A stretch of DNA of 64,000 nt from positions 72,046,001-72,110,000 of the forward strand of contig NC_087437.1 in the NCBI RefSeq assembly GCF_036321535.1, read 5' to 3'. The stretch comes from Camelus dromedarius. Taxonomy: Eukaryota. Position numbers and translations under genes: made by a program. Below the pieces are notes generated by a model. It did not search any database. It saw only the letters and a program-made list of their open reading frames with translations, and was not told the origin of the DNA. Positions 1 through 15,769 of this stretch are shown piece after piece. Position 1 is the first letter of the stretch, and each line of letters starts with the position of its first letter.

Positions 1-1
1 A

Positions 2-328
2 CAGAGAAAACTGCAGTCGACTCTTTTAAAGGAAGTCCAGCAGCCACCTCAAGGGACTCAGAGTGCTACACACACCAATAAAGGGAGACTCTCACACCCT
101 GCAGTTCGCAGAACTGATCTCTTTCCTAACAATAAGCAACTCTTGCGTAGAAGAGTTTCAAATCCTGTCATACAAACTAAGGAGAAACAAATACATGAAA
201 ATGTTATAGGAAGCAATGAAAATGAAACTGATTCTTGGACAATGATGCAAATAAACAAACATAATACAACAGGAACCATTAAGGAGACACACGACATTGA
301 TGATATTTTTGCTTTGATGGGAGTTTAG
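2..328 (+). CDS. NEPRO: NEPRO (C3orf17, nucleolus and neural progenitor protein), 3' part of last coding exon, truncated by window start
   Basis: Open frame from position 2 reads [14 protein letters not shown]...[15 protein letters not shown]...[20 protein letters not shown], matching the recalled C-terminus of human NEPRO (..[11 protein letters not shown]). Tail-to-tail with GTPBP8 as in human synteny. Confidence 0.93.
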   Translation, partial: QRKLQSTLLKEVQQPPQGTQSATHTNKGRLSHPAVRRTDLFPNNKQLLRRRVSNPVIQTKEKQIHENVIGSNENETDSWTMMQINKHNTTGTIKETHDIDDIFALMGV

Positions 329-479
329 ATGCTCATATGTAAGACTTTTAAGTAATTAACTAACTGGTCCAGTGTTTTGCTGTTTTAAGTAGAACAGCTG
401 AGATCTGGAAAGATCTGGAAGTACCACTTGGACTTAGAGCTGCTTTAGTGCAACATTGTACAGCAGTTCATTTCAGTTC

Positions 480-485
480 AATAAA
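480..485 (+). terminator. Candidate proximal polyadenylation signal (AATAAA) of NEPRO
   Basis: AATAAA about 150 nt after the NEPRO stop, followed by T/GT-rich sequence (ttttgtgtcattt). Confidence 0.55.
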
Positions 486-899
486 CATTTATCATAGTTT
501 TGTGTCATTTAATCGACAAATATTTGACTATTAAATAGTTTTTGACTCAATTAAGACCTGAATAATTTGGTTTGCAAAACCTATTCTATGCCTTAGGTAA
601 ATGGGGAGTAGCAACGAAGCACCTAAAAGGTCATTTTACCCTTAATGGCTCCACTGGAGGTAAGTACACCTCTGAACACCCAAGGTTTGTAGATTTTAAT
701 GGTTGTAGTTTTCTGTATATTAGAATTGATCATCAAAGTTTTGCCACTAATTGTATTACTAGGGAGTGGTCACAGCCATTATTTCACTTCATTTGTTCGC
801 CTTATCTCATTGGAGGGCATATTAAAATGCTTTTGGAGTTCTCCAAAAGTGTGGTGAGACCTCCCATGTGTCACTTCAAATCCTCTTGGCCTCTTACTT

Positions 900-1259
900 A
901 AGCCACTACTATGGCAACCAGTTTCAAGTAGGATTGGACCTTGCCTTCTGGCCTTCTGTTCCAGAGACCTCTCCCTGCCTCCTGGCTTCTGACAAGCTAC
1001 AGGAACCACGTGGGTACAGCCTGGAAGAGGTATGGGGCTGCCCTCTAACTCCCTTCAAAGACAATCCAGAGGCACATTTCAAAGGACTCCTCAGGTCCCT
1101 CAAGACCAAGCCCCATCACCCTATGTGGTATGTGACTCAGTGCATTTGACTGGCTTTCCATCTGTTTCATTTCTCTGTCACTCCTGTTCCCCAATAAACT
1201 ACTGCATGCAAGCTTTTATTCTGAGCTCTCCTTTTAGAACCAGAAACAAGGCTAAGACA
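900..1259 (+). mobile_element. Old ERVL-type solo LTR (LTR16/LTR33-like); boundaries approximate
   Basis: LTR-like 3' end with internal AATAAA (1193-1198) and terminal ..ggctaagaca; family assignment from memory. Confidence 0.5.
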
Positions 1260-2486
1260 AGCAATAAAGGAACACTAACAGAAAGATGACTTCTAAGATA
1301 ATTCTATTGTTACTATATATTTTACTTTGTGAATTCCTACAGTCTTTTTTTTAAAGCTTAAAACATTGCTAGTTAGAATAGACCAGCATGTCAATTCTAA
1401 AACTGAAAATATATTCAGAACTGAATTTTCTAAAAAAAAGCTACAAAGCTGTTTTACAACCTTAATTTTTTCTCCAGTGCTATTGCTATGACCTTTTAAC
1501 AGCAAAGCCACTTACAAGAATAGGTCAGTAGCATCTTCATAAAAATACTTTCCATTAACATTCATTCAGAGTAAGGCTTTTATCTTTCCATTCTGAATCT
1601 TAATGTATCAATTCTAAATTGCCCCATCAACTTTTTTTTCTCTTACCCTTTGCAAATCACTTTTCTCACCTAAAACTAGTTTTTTTTTTTGTCTTTGACT
1701 ACATAAGATATTATTTCCTCCACATGTTTTCTGTGATAAATCCACCTGTGCATCTTGCTGTATACCTGGGTTGGTTTTGCTTTACAGATATGTAGAATAT
1801 ACTGATGTCTTTTTCACATTTTAATTTTCATAGCTTCTAAGGTAAGAGTTAACAAAAGAAATCCAGAGAACTCAAGTAATCTGCCCAATTTCCAACATAT
1901 AGTAAATATTAGAACTGGAACTTGAATTCTAGTCTTCTGATTCTGAATCCTGTGGTCACCTGAAGGTGAAATGACTGGCGTTTCCAGCATGGACTGACTG
2001 AAATTTATCAAGAATAATTTTTCCCATATTTAAATAAGGACTCTGAAAAAAGATAAATTATAGCCATACATAGGAGAATTTATCTTCAACCTACCTATCA
2101 GTGCTTAACAGAAAAGTAGCCCTCTTTTTACCTAGTCCATTGTAACATTAAAAAAATACACTTAATAGACATTCTCTTTAAAAGACAAAAACCCAATACA
2201 TGGCAAACCCTTGTTTACGCAGTAGTAAATAGGTCTTCATTTTATGGACTTCCACGTGCTCTTGTCAGTTTGTTAAAATAGGAAAAACTGCTAGCATCCG
2301 TCCTAATGAACAACACAGTTCAATCATTTATAAACATTTTCCACCCAGGCAGAAGTTCATTCTTGGCTTTGGGAAGATGCAGGTTTTTAGGCTGAAGTGA
2401 TCCTTCCGCAAGTTACACATACACAACATTTAAAACAATGTTGAAATTTTAGTTTAACTTCAGCTGGCATAGAGAATTCTGAATCT

Positions 2487-2577
2487 TCAGCTAACTTGGA
2501 AGCCATTAGTCTTAAGATTTCCTGTTATATTTGCTATAAAGCATCTCAACAGATGGATTCCAGAATAGGTCACAGCA
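2487..2577 (-). CDS. GTPBP8: GTPBP8 exon 6 (last coding exon)
   Basis: tttcacag|T GCT GTG ACC..: (S)AVTYSGIHLLRCFIANITGNLKTNGFQVS-TGA. Confidence 0.93.
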
Positions 2578-2841
2578 CTGTGAAAAGAAAAGAAAAACCA
2601 TTTCCTTCCTTACTTCAGAGGTAGTAACAGATCTGAATTCATCTAATTTAAAATCTGCTTACCAAACTCTTGTGAGTTCCATGTATGAAACAGAATGTCT
2701 TAATTTGTTTTACTTTTCCTCTCTTCTCCCAGCTTCTTGTGGTATTCTAAATCTGGTGATCCACATTATATGATCTGTTTCCTTCATGATTCTACAAATT
2801 TCACCATATCTACCATTTTGCTTTTTATTTTCCAGACTAAA

Positions 2842-4239
2842 CTTTTTTTTTAAATTGTGGTGTAACTGACATATGACATTAGTTTCAGGGCCACAACAGA
2901 ATGATTCAGTATTTCTATATATCGTGAAATGATCATGACAGTGGGCCTAGCTGTATCCGTCACCGTACATAGTTAACAGATTTTTTTTTTCTTGTGATGA
3001 AGACATTTAAGACCTACTCTCTTAGCAACTTTCAAATATGCAATATAAGTTAAACTCAGATTTTTGACTGGGCCAAGGGTCAGAGTCCCTAACCTCTCAT
3101 CGTTCAAGGGTCAGCTGTACAATACCACATCGTCTTTACCCATTCATCCACTGAGGAACACTTAGGTTGTTTCCGTATTTGGCTATTGAAAATAATGCTT
3201 TAATGAACATAGGGGTGCATGTATCTTTTCAAATTAATGTCTTTACTTTCTTTGAATATGTATGCAGGAGTAGAATTCCTAGATCATATATAACAATTCT
3301 ATTTTTAGTTTTTTGAGGAACCTCCATACAGTTTCCATAGTGGCTACATCAATTTACATTCCCACCAACACTGCATGAGGATTCTTGCTAACATTTTGTC
3401 TTTTTGATGTCAGCCATTCTAACAGGTATGAGGTGATAAATAACTGTGGTTTTGCATCTGCATTTCCATGATGATTAGTGATGGTGAGGATCTTCTCATG
3501 TACCTGTTAGCCATCTGTATGTCTTCTTTGGAAAAATGTCTATTCAGATCCTCTGCCCATTTTTTAATCCAATTTTTTTTGCTATTGAGTTGTATGAGTT
3601 TATATATTTTGGATATTAACCCCTTATCAGATACATGACTTACAAATATTTTCTCCCATTCAGTAGGTTGACTTCATTTTATTGATGATTTCTTTTGCTG
3701 TGCAGAAGCTTTTAGTTTGATATCGTCTACTTACTTATTTTTGCTTTTGTTGCCTTTGCTTTTGGAGTCAGATTCAAAAACTCATCACCAAGACATGTCA
3801 AGGAGCTTACCATCTGTTTTCTTCTAGGAGTTTTATAGTTTCGGGTCTTACACTCAAGTTTTAATCCATTTTGAGTTAATTTTTGTGTATAGTGTAAGAT
3901 ACTAGTCTAGTTTCATTCTTTGGCATGTGGCTGTCCAATCTTCCTAGCACCATTATTGAAGAGATTATCCTTTCCCCACTGATATTCTTGGAGACTTTGC
4001 TGTAAATTAATTGCTCACATATGCCTGGGTTTATTTCAGAGCTCTCTCTTCTGTTCCACTGGCTTATGTGTCTGTTTTTATGCCAATACCATACTGTTTT
4101 GTAATATAGTTTGAAATCAGTAAATGTGATGTTTCCAGCTTTGTTCTTTCTCAAGATTGCTTTTACTATTCAGGATCTTCTGTGGTTCCATACAAATTTT
4201 AGGGCTATTTGTTCCATTTCTGTGAAAAAGGCCATTGGG
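2842..4239 (-). mobile_element. 5'-truncated L1 (L1MA-like; ORF2 end plus 3' UTR) in GTPBP8 intron 5
   Basis: Poly-T at 2843; ORF2-like peptide in ORF 3876..4154 ([18 protein letters not shown]); flanking 36-bp direct repeats at 2806-2841 and 4240-4275. Confidence 0.9.
3050..3120. mobile_element. Tigger2/MER8-like terminal fragment nested in the L1
   Basis: Ends ..gttcaagggtcagctgta, the same TIR as the element at 7161-7412. Confidence 0.65.
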
Positions 4240-7009
4240 ATATCTTCTATTTTGCTTTTTATTTCCCAGACTAAAATTCTGATCTCTTTAATTTGTTCTT
4301 TGTGTGACAAAGATTCAATCACCTTGATAATTTAGACCTTTTTTCCTGACTTTTTAAAAAAAATCATCACCATTATTGTGTCTGTTATTGATCTGTCTTA
4401 CTGTATCCATCCATATACCCATTCACACATTTGTCAGCATGGACATGAACACATGTCTTGGGATACATGGGCTTTTGTGGATACACTATGACTTTTATGA
4501 ATACAGGTATATAAAACAGGTGAAATATTTTCTGCTGTACTGCTAATTCTTTTTGGAAAAGTACAGCATTTTAGACTTTTTGACCAAAGCTGCCTACTTG
4601 AGAACAGCCCATAATGATTCTGTTATAACTGAAGTTATACAAATACGGCTTAAAGGAGAGACACAAGTTGGACAGTCCACACACTATGGCACCTTTAACT
4701 CATCTGCAACATTTCGGTCAATTCATATGATTTTCTTTGTCTTCAGAGTCAGTTCTTAGTTGCTTGAAATTTCACTACATAGAAATATATTGAAGCAATT
4801 ATATTGTGTCTAATTATATACTTCTTCCATACCATTTATAAAAATAGACTGATCCCAGTGTCAATCTTTAGGGGCCTTTCACCAATTACACTTCTCTACT
4901 CAGCTGAGGCAGAGTTTAGACACGAAGGATAACAGTTAACTTTTGCCAACAGACTTAAAGGCCAAATCTCGCTGGACTACAATGTCTACCCACATTTCCA
5001 CCTTTCTCCTACCAAGATCATACAGGAAGAGAAGGAAATAAAACCTAACTTATTTTACATTATTGTGTGAGTCGGCCAAACTCCCTTTGGAGGGATGGAC
5101 TGGGACTTGATCAAGCAAATAAAAGCAAGGAGTATAAATAACTCTACTTTCTGAATTGGGTTTTGAAAGCTACAGAGTACAGTGTGAAAACTTCCTGTAT
5201 GTGGTCACTGTGGTATAGTGAACGTTGGAGTTCATGAAAGCAAGCAGCCTCTTGTGTCTCAGTTCTTAAGACTTTGAGTGCTGTGTGGCTTCTGCAGTTA
5301 CATAGTGAGTATGGTGGTGCCGTGATTCCAAGGTCATGCATCAGAAAATGCTGGTATATCTAAAGAAGGGAATGCCTGTAAGAAGTACCAAGAATCTGAC
5401 AGTTTGGGCTGTTGGCCTGACTCTGCCATTTACCAATGGACTGACCTTTGGGAAGGAAGGAAACTAACATTCAGTATGTAGTTAACGTGTGTACATCAGT
5501 CACAATGTATTTAATTTAATCATTCTAACCATCACATTTTTACTAAGTAAGTGAGAAAACAGACTCAGAAAATGAAATAAGTTGCTTTAAAATCTCTAGC
5601 CAAGAACAAGAGGAACCATGCAAAATCATGGCTATCTGACCCTGTGGTCCATGCTCTTTCTATTTCAGCAAATACCTCTCTGCAACTCACTTCACTTTTC
5701 CAAATTGTAATTGTATCTGTGAAACAGCGATGTTTACTTGTGGATCAATTAAGTGTTTTGAATGATTCAGTGACATAACCTCCCCCAAGACCATCTGTTT
5801 TCAGATAGCTCTAGTTGTTCTTACTGTCAAGCCACAATCCAGCCTGAATGGTCTGATAGCATACTGTTCACAGCACTGTGGGACTACTGTTTGATCATCC
5901 TCCTGTTTTGGACACTATAATTCTATTAATGTAGCTTAAGAAAACATTGTCAATTTTTCTCCAGTCTCCATTAAACTTAGCTTACAGTCAACTACAACTT
6001 TTTATTTTTAATAAATGCTGCTGTTAGGCCATAATTTGCCCATCTTACGTTTGTTTTGCCTTTTTAGCTGAATCAGTCTCACTTCCTTCTTATTAGACAT
6101 TTAAAAAAGTTACTTTTCTATGACAATGCTCAGGGCTCTAAGAAGAACTAGGATTTCCGTTGTATATATGGGACACAAATAGGATAAACACTTGAATGTA
6201 AGTCAAAGGAGAAAAGCATTTTGTAGGAATGAATGAAGACAGATTTGGACAGGCATTTTCATAATTACAAACGATTTAACTAGGATCTGAATTGGTAGAA
6301 CCTAGAATGACTGCTTAGAGGACAGTTTCATATACAATTGTTACTTGGTTTCATTATTTTCTCATAAAAACTACCACAGTGCCTTCCACAAAGAAGTTAG
6401 AGTAAGAAAATCACAGAGGAATGGCATTTCTGCTACAGTATAGGTTATTTACTGTACCCAAAGTATACACTGAAAGTAAACTCATGTTCCATTGCTAAAC
6501 CACATCTAGTATCTCAAAAATTGCTGGTTCAGGAAATAACCATTCTGTCTGCTACCAATGCTTGATTCTAACTTACATGAAGAATTTCATCTTTACATAC
6601 AGTCTTTTTAAAGGAAAATTCTTATTCCTCACAGCCTGAATGACCTTTCTACAATAAAGAAGAGTTGTTTTCCTTTGGAACTGAGAAAGGGATGGTAGTA
6701 TTTTTATTGTGGCTGTTGTTTAGCTTATTTAAAATGTAAAAAGTTTTCACTTCCGCTGTGGTCTAGGGTTGAATTAGGCTGAGGGAGAAAGAGAATGAAG
6801 ATACCACAAAGAAGACTCAGCAAGAATCTGCAGAAGGAAGAGAGAATAGAGGGAAGAAAAAAATAAAAGTGTTGATGGGTTGAACCAATAAATCATGCTA
6901 AGTGCATAGTCTTCCAAACTCCTCTAATTCTAATACTCCTCAGTATTAGAAACAGATTTAATAATAAAGGTTGTTAGTACAAAAAGTTATCAAGACAATT
7001 CAAATCTTA

Positions 7010-7412
<403 letters not shown>

Positions 7413-9058
7413 TTATTTCATAATATTTAGTTTTACACATTTTAGTTACAAATTTTCAATTACTAGGTGACCCACACAAGTTTCTTAATCTCTTAGTACT
7501 TGTTTCCTCGTCTATAAAATAAAAGCAATACTTCCTAAAGGAGTTACTGTGAAGATTAAAGGAGTTAATGGATGCAATATATGAAGTATACACTGTGTGT
7601 CTGGTGTGTTTGCTGTTTCCAGTACTTTAACTGCACAGGGCCTTGGATTCAAGACCAGTGAAATGCACCCTGGAGCCATATTTGCGATTGCCATACACCA
7701 AATGTTTCATATAATCACTATATCTTGTAGTCTAAGATATGTGAGTATTATTAGGTTGATCCATATAAAACTGATAACTTATAATTATTTTAATTTACAA
7801 AATGATTGTTTTATATGTAAAATCTAAAGGAAAAATTAGAAGCCAGGCTATTTGTGGGCTGTACCCACTAGTTTTATTCCAAATATGTATAGTTTTATTC
7901 CAAGTAAGTATAAATTCCAATATATGAGGCTTAATATTAAATATTTACCTTGAATAATTTACTTATTCAAAGACAATTACATACTAGAGGAAAAGTAAAA
8001 TCTTGGTGTATCTATCAAAGGTTTTCTGTAGGAAATTTCTTTAAAATTAAATTTCCTGACTAATCAATTATGCTTTTTAGTTATAAAATATATTAAAGAA
8101 AGAAGGAGTGAGAAGCAGAATTCTTTCCTCATAAAGGCAAATATGCTGATTTTTAAAAGGAGACGTAATTCCTCTGTCACAACCTCTTTTCCAAAAACGA
8201 AAGTAATATTTCCTTAAAGTTAAAATGAAGGAAAATATATGATATCTATGATATTAAATTAGGAGTACTATTACTTAATCAAACCAGTCTGGCAATATCC
8301 GGGCATTTTTTACTATGCATTGTAGACAATGTATATCAATCCTCTGGCTCTTCACCCCATAAGTTATCTCTAATGTGTCACAGAGCTTTTGCCAAACTCA
8401 AGAATTCCATAACCCTAAGAATACAAAAAAGTTTCTGACTGGTAACATGGCTTAATTTGCATTAAACTCCACTGTTACATTTTAGTGGTTTTCTGACGTT
8501 TTTCTGAAGCCAAATTTTAGTCAATGGGTTCTTTTCCTTAGAAAGAAACTTTAAGATATTTTATCTGGAAAACTCACAAAGCAAAATAAACATGGACACC
8601 AACCTATGAATCTATTCTATTCCAGGGCAAACAACAGAAAGAACACTGGTAACATATTCTCGTAAGAAATTTTGTTTTCTTTATGAATATAAACTTCCTA
8701 CTTATGTGTACTAAAGCCTGCTACATTCTTGTGATGTTCTTAAATTCCAAATTAGCAAATTTTTCAGTTGCAGTTTTATTTAGATTCTGTTAAGTACTAT
8801 CTGTGAAGCTGCTGTTACAGAGCTACTAATGAGTTCCAGCAAATACTCATATTGCCATTAAAACAACAACAAAGAAAAGCACTTAGGAATACTAAATGAA
8901 CAATTTAGAAAAACTCTTACTTTGACTATAATATTGAACACTTAAAGCTAGAAGAAGGAAAAGAGCACCAAAGAACTTATTTTAATATTAATGGATGATA
9001 ATTCAGAAGATTATTCGAAATGTACTCTTTTATCTCTTGAGGAGGCAAGACCTACTCA

Positions 9059-9250
<192 letters not shown>

Positions 9251-10225
9251 TTAACAGCAATACAAAATATATTCATTCATTTCTCCACCCCCAACCCTCA
9301 CTATACTAACAAATTTCTATTGAATAATTATCAATTCAAAATTTTAAAAAATTTCTTTAGGCAGAAGTAACTCTCAATTCACCAGGAAGTCCATCCTACA
9401 GTCCAATGGGTCTCAATGCTGTTTATGTTCAATAACTAAATTCATTAAATATGAATTTATTTCCATAGCATATATTGAACACAAAATATTCTGACTAGAA
9501 CTGGAAACAAAGATGAATGAGTTCCTTCCTCTTAAGAGCTTGAACTCTACTGGAAGGAAAAAACAGGAACCCAATTAACTATAATTTATCATAAAAATGT
9601 CTAAATTTTCAAATGTTACTTTAAAACTAACATAACAGAAACCAGACACATTGTATTTTGTATTTTCTTGTGTAAATATTTTATCTTAGTTTCTATGTAA
9701 AGTACAATAAGCAAGATACTTTAACTACTTTTTCACACTTCAGAAGTTTAACATTAATTTTCCTATATATTGTACAATGCTTGAAACATAGAACTGCTAC
9801 TTGACCACCTATGGGGACAAAAAGGTAATATTTACAGAGGATGTGACGTCAGAAGCACTTTAAGGATGATTAGAATTTACTGGTTTATTTAAATCTGGCA
9901 AATACCAGATCGACCAACCATTTTCATTTTCAAAATTAGCAGCTAAGAGTTGGGTAAAAGAAAAATAAACTCTGCTCAAGTACTATTTATAGTCTCAATT
10001 TAGGAAAACACTTAAATTTAAGTTTAAGCTAATTTATAGGAAAAAACTAAGTAAGCAGTATATACTTTGTTCCTAAATATTGTATTGTAGAATATTATGA
10101 GAATAAAGTGGACTTTCTAAAAATGTCATTTGATAAACTGAAATGTTCACCATGTGTGGAAGCTCTATTAATGAAAACATGCTTTGGGGTTAAATGTAAC
10201 TAACTAAAAAAAAAAAAATTTCTTA

Positions 10226-10423
<198 letters not shown>

Positions 10424-11974
10424 TCAACAATTATTTTCAAAAGCATAAAAGTATTCTGTATATAATCCTAATTATGCTGATGATGATACAGGAAAAGGAG
10501 ATAGAAGGAATGTGACTGGAGGTAAGTTTAGATGATTCTAATTCTTCTCTCCAATCATTCTTTAAAGAGACTCTATATTACTTAAGAAGAACTTTAGATT
10601 CCATATTAGAAACATGAAGGCAAAGTATTTTCAAGACTTTCCTATTTGACTGGCTCCCTCTTAGTGAAAAAACTATCCCATTCTAAATGGTATGACTGCA
10701 TTAGTCAATATTCTCTGATGAATACTGTATCTCCACTTTAAAGAGAAATTAATTATAGCACAGATAGGTTCAAGTAAATGCTTACTGTCAGTCATACTAG
10801 TTCTCAAAAAATCTAGATGCAAAGCCTGATAATTTATTATATGACTAGACTACTGCTTCTCTAAAATCAAGATATTTTGCATGTTTTATTAGATGGGTTT
10901 AGTGCTTTCATTAAGCCATTTAAAAAGCACGTGCAACACTAAAAAATATCTGGGCAACTAAAACTGATGTAAAGATGATAAATAGTGGTTTACTCATGTG
11001 GTTTTGTGTCCACAGACATTTATTAATCAGGAAAGAAAAGATTAAGACAAATAATTTTAAAAGTCAATTGTTTAGAACTTAGAACAAATATTTTCAGAGA
11101 AAAGATTTTATAAATGGTGCTTAGATTTCCAGTGAGCTTATGTGTCTATTTATAGGAAAATGATTTTAGAGTTACAGATTAGGAATGTCAAGAACACATT
11201 TCCTTCACAGACTTCTCACAGAAGGGGACAATCCTACCTATAAGTGAGAGTTTAGCTGAATTATTTGGTGAGGCAGGGCAGGGGGGAGTAAAGACAGGAG
11301 GGTTAACAAATGACTGCAATCATCAGTGCTGGAGCCAGGGAATCAACCACATGAAGAAGTGGGGAGCAAGAGACTAGTGAAGCCTCAGGAAAGAGTTCTA
11401 AGAAAACGGGGGCAGTAAGCATTGGGTGAGGGGGAGCATTCTGCCAAGGACAGAAGGTAAGGGGAGCTGGGGTGACTTCTGAGGAGAGGGTATGTTAAAC
11501 ATTGGTAGAGTCTGCATTATTGAGAAGGAAGGAGAGGAAATGAGAAAATGACAGCTACTCTAGCAGACTGGCTGGGATAACAAGGCACATAATCTGGCCC
11601 TGGGTAAACTGGGAAGAGCCTGATTGTTGTGTAAGAGTTTGCAAGGTACAAAAGATTATAGGAGAAGAAAAATACACTTTAAAGCTGTTTCCTCTAAAAT
11701 CAGCGTAGAACTAGATGACTATTCTCACAGAAGCAAATATAGAATGACGACAGAACAATTCTTTGGAAAAGATTTGGACCAAGGAAGATTTCCTTAAATA
11801 CTGGCAAGACTACTAAAATAAATCCAGACACACTTCCTCTTCTTTGGAGAAATACATAGGCATTGACGAAATGTTTTACTTCAGTAGTTGTTAGAAAGAA
11901 ATCACTTTTCTAGGAACCCAACAATTATGACTTCTTGTACCTCCCAATATTTATTACTCATCTTAATCAATTCA

Positions 11975-12142
<168 letters not shown>

Positions 12143-12454
12143 TTACATATGTATGTGTGTGTATGTATAGATATATGTTGTATTAGCTGCAAAAATCTAT
12201 TAACACTATTCAGTCTTGCCTAAGCATAAAACGTAGATTGTGGTTAGTCAAACCTCAAATTCTAACATACAGCTACTATCTAATAAATGATTTCAACGTG
12301 GCAGGCACTGTTTTAAGCACTTAACATATGTTTTCTTATTTGCTTTTTACAATATCTCTATGAGGAAGATAATATTGTCTTCATTTTACAGATGATAAAA
12401 CTAGAGGCTAACTATAGAGGTTAAATAATTAAACTGTATTTGCTTACTGAGTTA

Positions 12455-13162
<708 letters not shown>

Positions 13163-13849
13163 TCAGAGGTGAAAAGACATAGCTGGCTGTGTGGCCCTTG
13201 AGACTCAAGTGAAGGAGATAACGTGTGACGCTCTGGTGGATTTTAGGCCCATTTACCCTTCACAGATTCTGGTTGTCTCACGGATCCACTGATGGTGATG
13301 TACAAATCACTAGGAAAAACACTTTCGCGAAAATGAAAAGGGCTGGTGAGAAATGTAGTTGAAAAAGCATCTGGTTCTCAAGGGACAGACTGTTCATATT
13401 TCATTAGGCCATCTCTGTAGCTGCAGGAAATGCCTTTAAATTTTAGAGTTTTCTTACAGAGTAAAAGCAAAAACAGTTTGCACAGGTGTTCCAGAGTTAT
13501 TTCACTAAAGTTACATGATAACATCTTATTTCAAAAGTTTCTTCTCAAAGCAATTCAAACCAATCAGTGCCAGAATGGGAGATACAGGGATCATGATAAA
13601 ATGAATATTTGAAAGATATTCCCGTTTAAAAGATGGTAAGTCTTCTAAAACATCAGCAGCAAACAGCATAGCAATGTTAACTCATGGTCTCTGTGACTAA
13701 TCAGGACAATTCTTGAATTAATGTCACACAAAAGTTAATAAACAGGACCCAAGGACTTTGAGAGTAGCCTGACCTACTGCTGGCCAGCTAATTTTTTCAA
13801 ATTGATCTTCACATTAGGCTTTGAGACTTTCCTCCATGCCCTAGTCTCA

Positions 13850-14885
13850 CTCCCCCACAAGAAAACACTATTGTAAACATCCAGACATTTTTAATACATA
13901 TATTACCGTGTTTGTATTTTAACTCAAATTACTATTCTATAGCCTTTGAAAATTTAAAAACATATTTGGAAGTCTTTCTATATCAATACTTACCAATCTA
14001 CATGATTGTTTTTAATGGAGGCATATTATTCCATTTATTTCCCCAATGTCCTATTGAGCACTACTTAGGTTTTGTTATTACAAACAATGCTACGGTGAGC
14101 ACTCATGTATCTTTGCACACTTGTGGAAGGATAACTTTCTGAAAGAGAACATGATAGGTGCATAAGGTATGTGCACTTCTATTTTTCATATGACTGTAGA
14201 AAAACTATCCTCTGAAGAAATTGCAACAAATTGCTCTCTAATAACAAAGTATTACAGCACCAAAACAGTCATTATAAAAGTAGGGAGTTATTATGTTGTA
14301 TAATCTTGCCAATCTAATAGACAAAAAGTTTTATTTTGTTTTGTTTATATTTTCCTGATTCTTAAGGAGGATAAACATATTTTAACATCTTGTTTGACCA
14401 CTTGTATTTTTTTGGCAAACATCATGTTTTCTATTACGTTATTCATCTTTAAAAATTGATTTATCGTAACTGTTTATTAAGAACATTGACCTCTCATCTG
14501 TCATGTTTTAAAAATATTTTTCCCAACTTATTTACTCTTTGAATTTTTAGTTGTACTTTTAGCTGTATAGATTTTTAATTTGTAGGTGGCCAAACTGAAC
14601 AATCTTTTATGCATTCTAAGCTTTGTGTTATGTTTAGAAAAAAATTTAAGATTATAAACATATTAACCTATCTTTTCTTTCAGTAGTTTATTTTTTACAG
14701 TTAAATATTTAATATATCTGGAATTTGTTTTAATGGAAAGAGTCTGCTGGGAATTCAGCTTAATTTTTTTCCAAATGGTTAGCAGTTATCTAACCATTGT
14801 CATAACAATAGTTATTCAATAATCCATCTTCTCCTCACTGGTTGATAATACTACTTACATCATAATAAATTTCTATATATATGCA
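13850..14885 (-). mobile_element. Old degraded L1 (L1ME-like) 3' region
   Basis: T-rich with L1 antisense-like motifs (aaacaatgct..gagcact..tatctttgcacac; ccaaatggttagcagtt). Confidence 0.6.
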
Positions 14886-15769
14886 GGCCCATTTGCAGAC
14901 AACTCCAAACTTTGAAAGTGCTCTCATATGTGCCATTTCATTTGCAAACCTTGTGGTCCCAGGTATGGAAATAAACCAGAACATGAAGACCTTTGCCACT
15001 TCTTACAGAGGTTTTGAAGGTGTTCAGGGATTAACGGACATCACAGTACTCATTTTGTAATTCTGCATGAGACATTCATAGTTGTGAGGCCTATTAGTCA
15101 GAGGGAAAAAGCTGGAAATGGGAGGAATTAGCTTAGGGGAAGTAATTCCATTGTGGAGCTGTGATGGAAGTCATAGGATATACAGGGAATGGTCAAAGTC
15201 CAGGAAAATCAGGCCAAATCAGTACTGAAGAGGATCTGGTCTGGTGGATCAGATGTTGCAATAGTACTTTCTGTGTTGTTCTGGCAATATCAGGATTCTG
15301 ATCATGGGCAGTTATCTTGGTTCCAGGTGGTCTGTCTGGTGAAGTAGTACCCTAGCCAGTGGCTTTGGATTGGCAGTCAGGATCAAGCCTCCTGGCTAGG
15401 CAGGGTGTCAGGGATGAGAGTCAGAACAGGATTTAAATCCTAGTGGGGAAAGGGAATATGGATTAGGAAACCAAGCAGCTACTTTGTCATGCAGATTGCA
15501 CAGACGTGACAAGGATGTGAAAGACAGGGCTTGAATTCATCTCAGGGTATCTTAGCACTCCTCCCAGAGAAGTGTGGAAAACCTGCCGTTGGTCTAGTTC
15601 CACAGCGCTGAGGTCAGGACATACTTACTAAACTGTGGTAGCCCAGGGAGGCTAAATGAGGACTGTATTCAAGTACTGCACTGTTCTGTACTCCTTCCTG
15701 TGTAATACCGTAGTGTACATTACCTGACACTGAGAGTGATAAGGTGACCCCTGCTTGATTCCATCTTTT

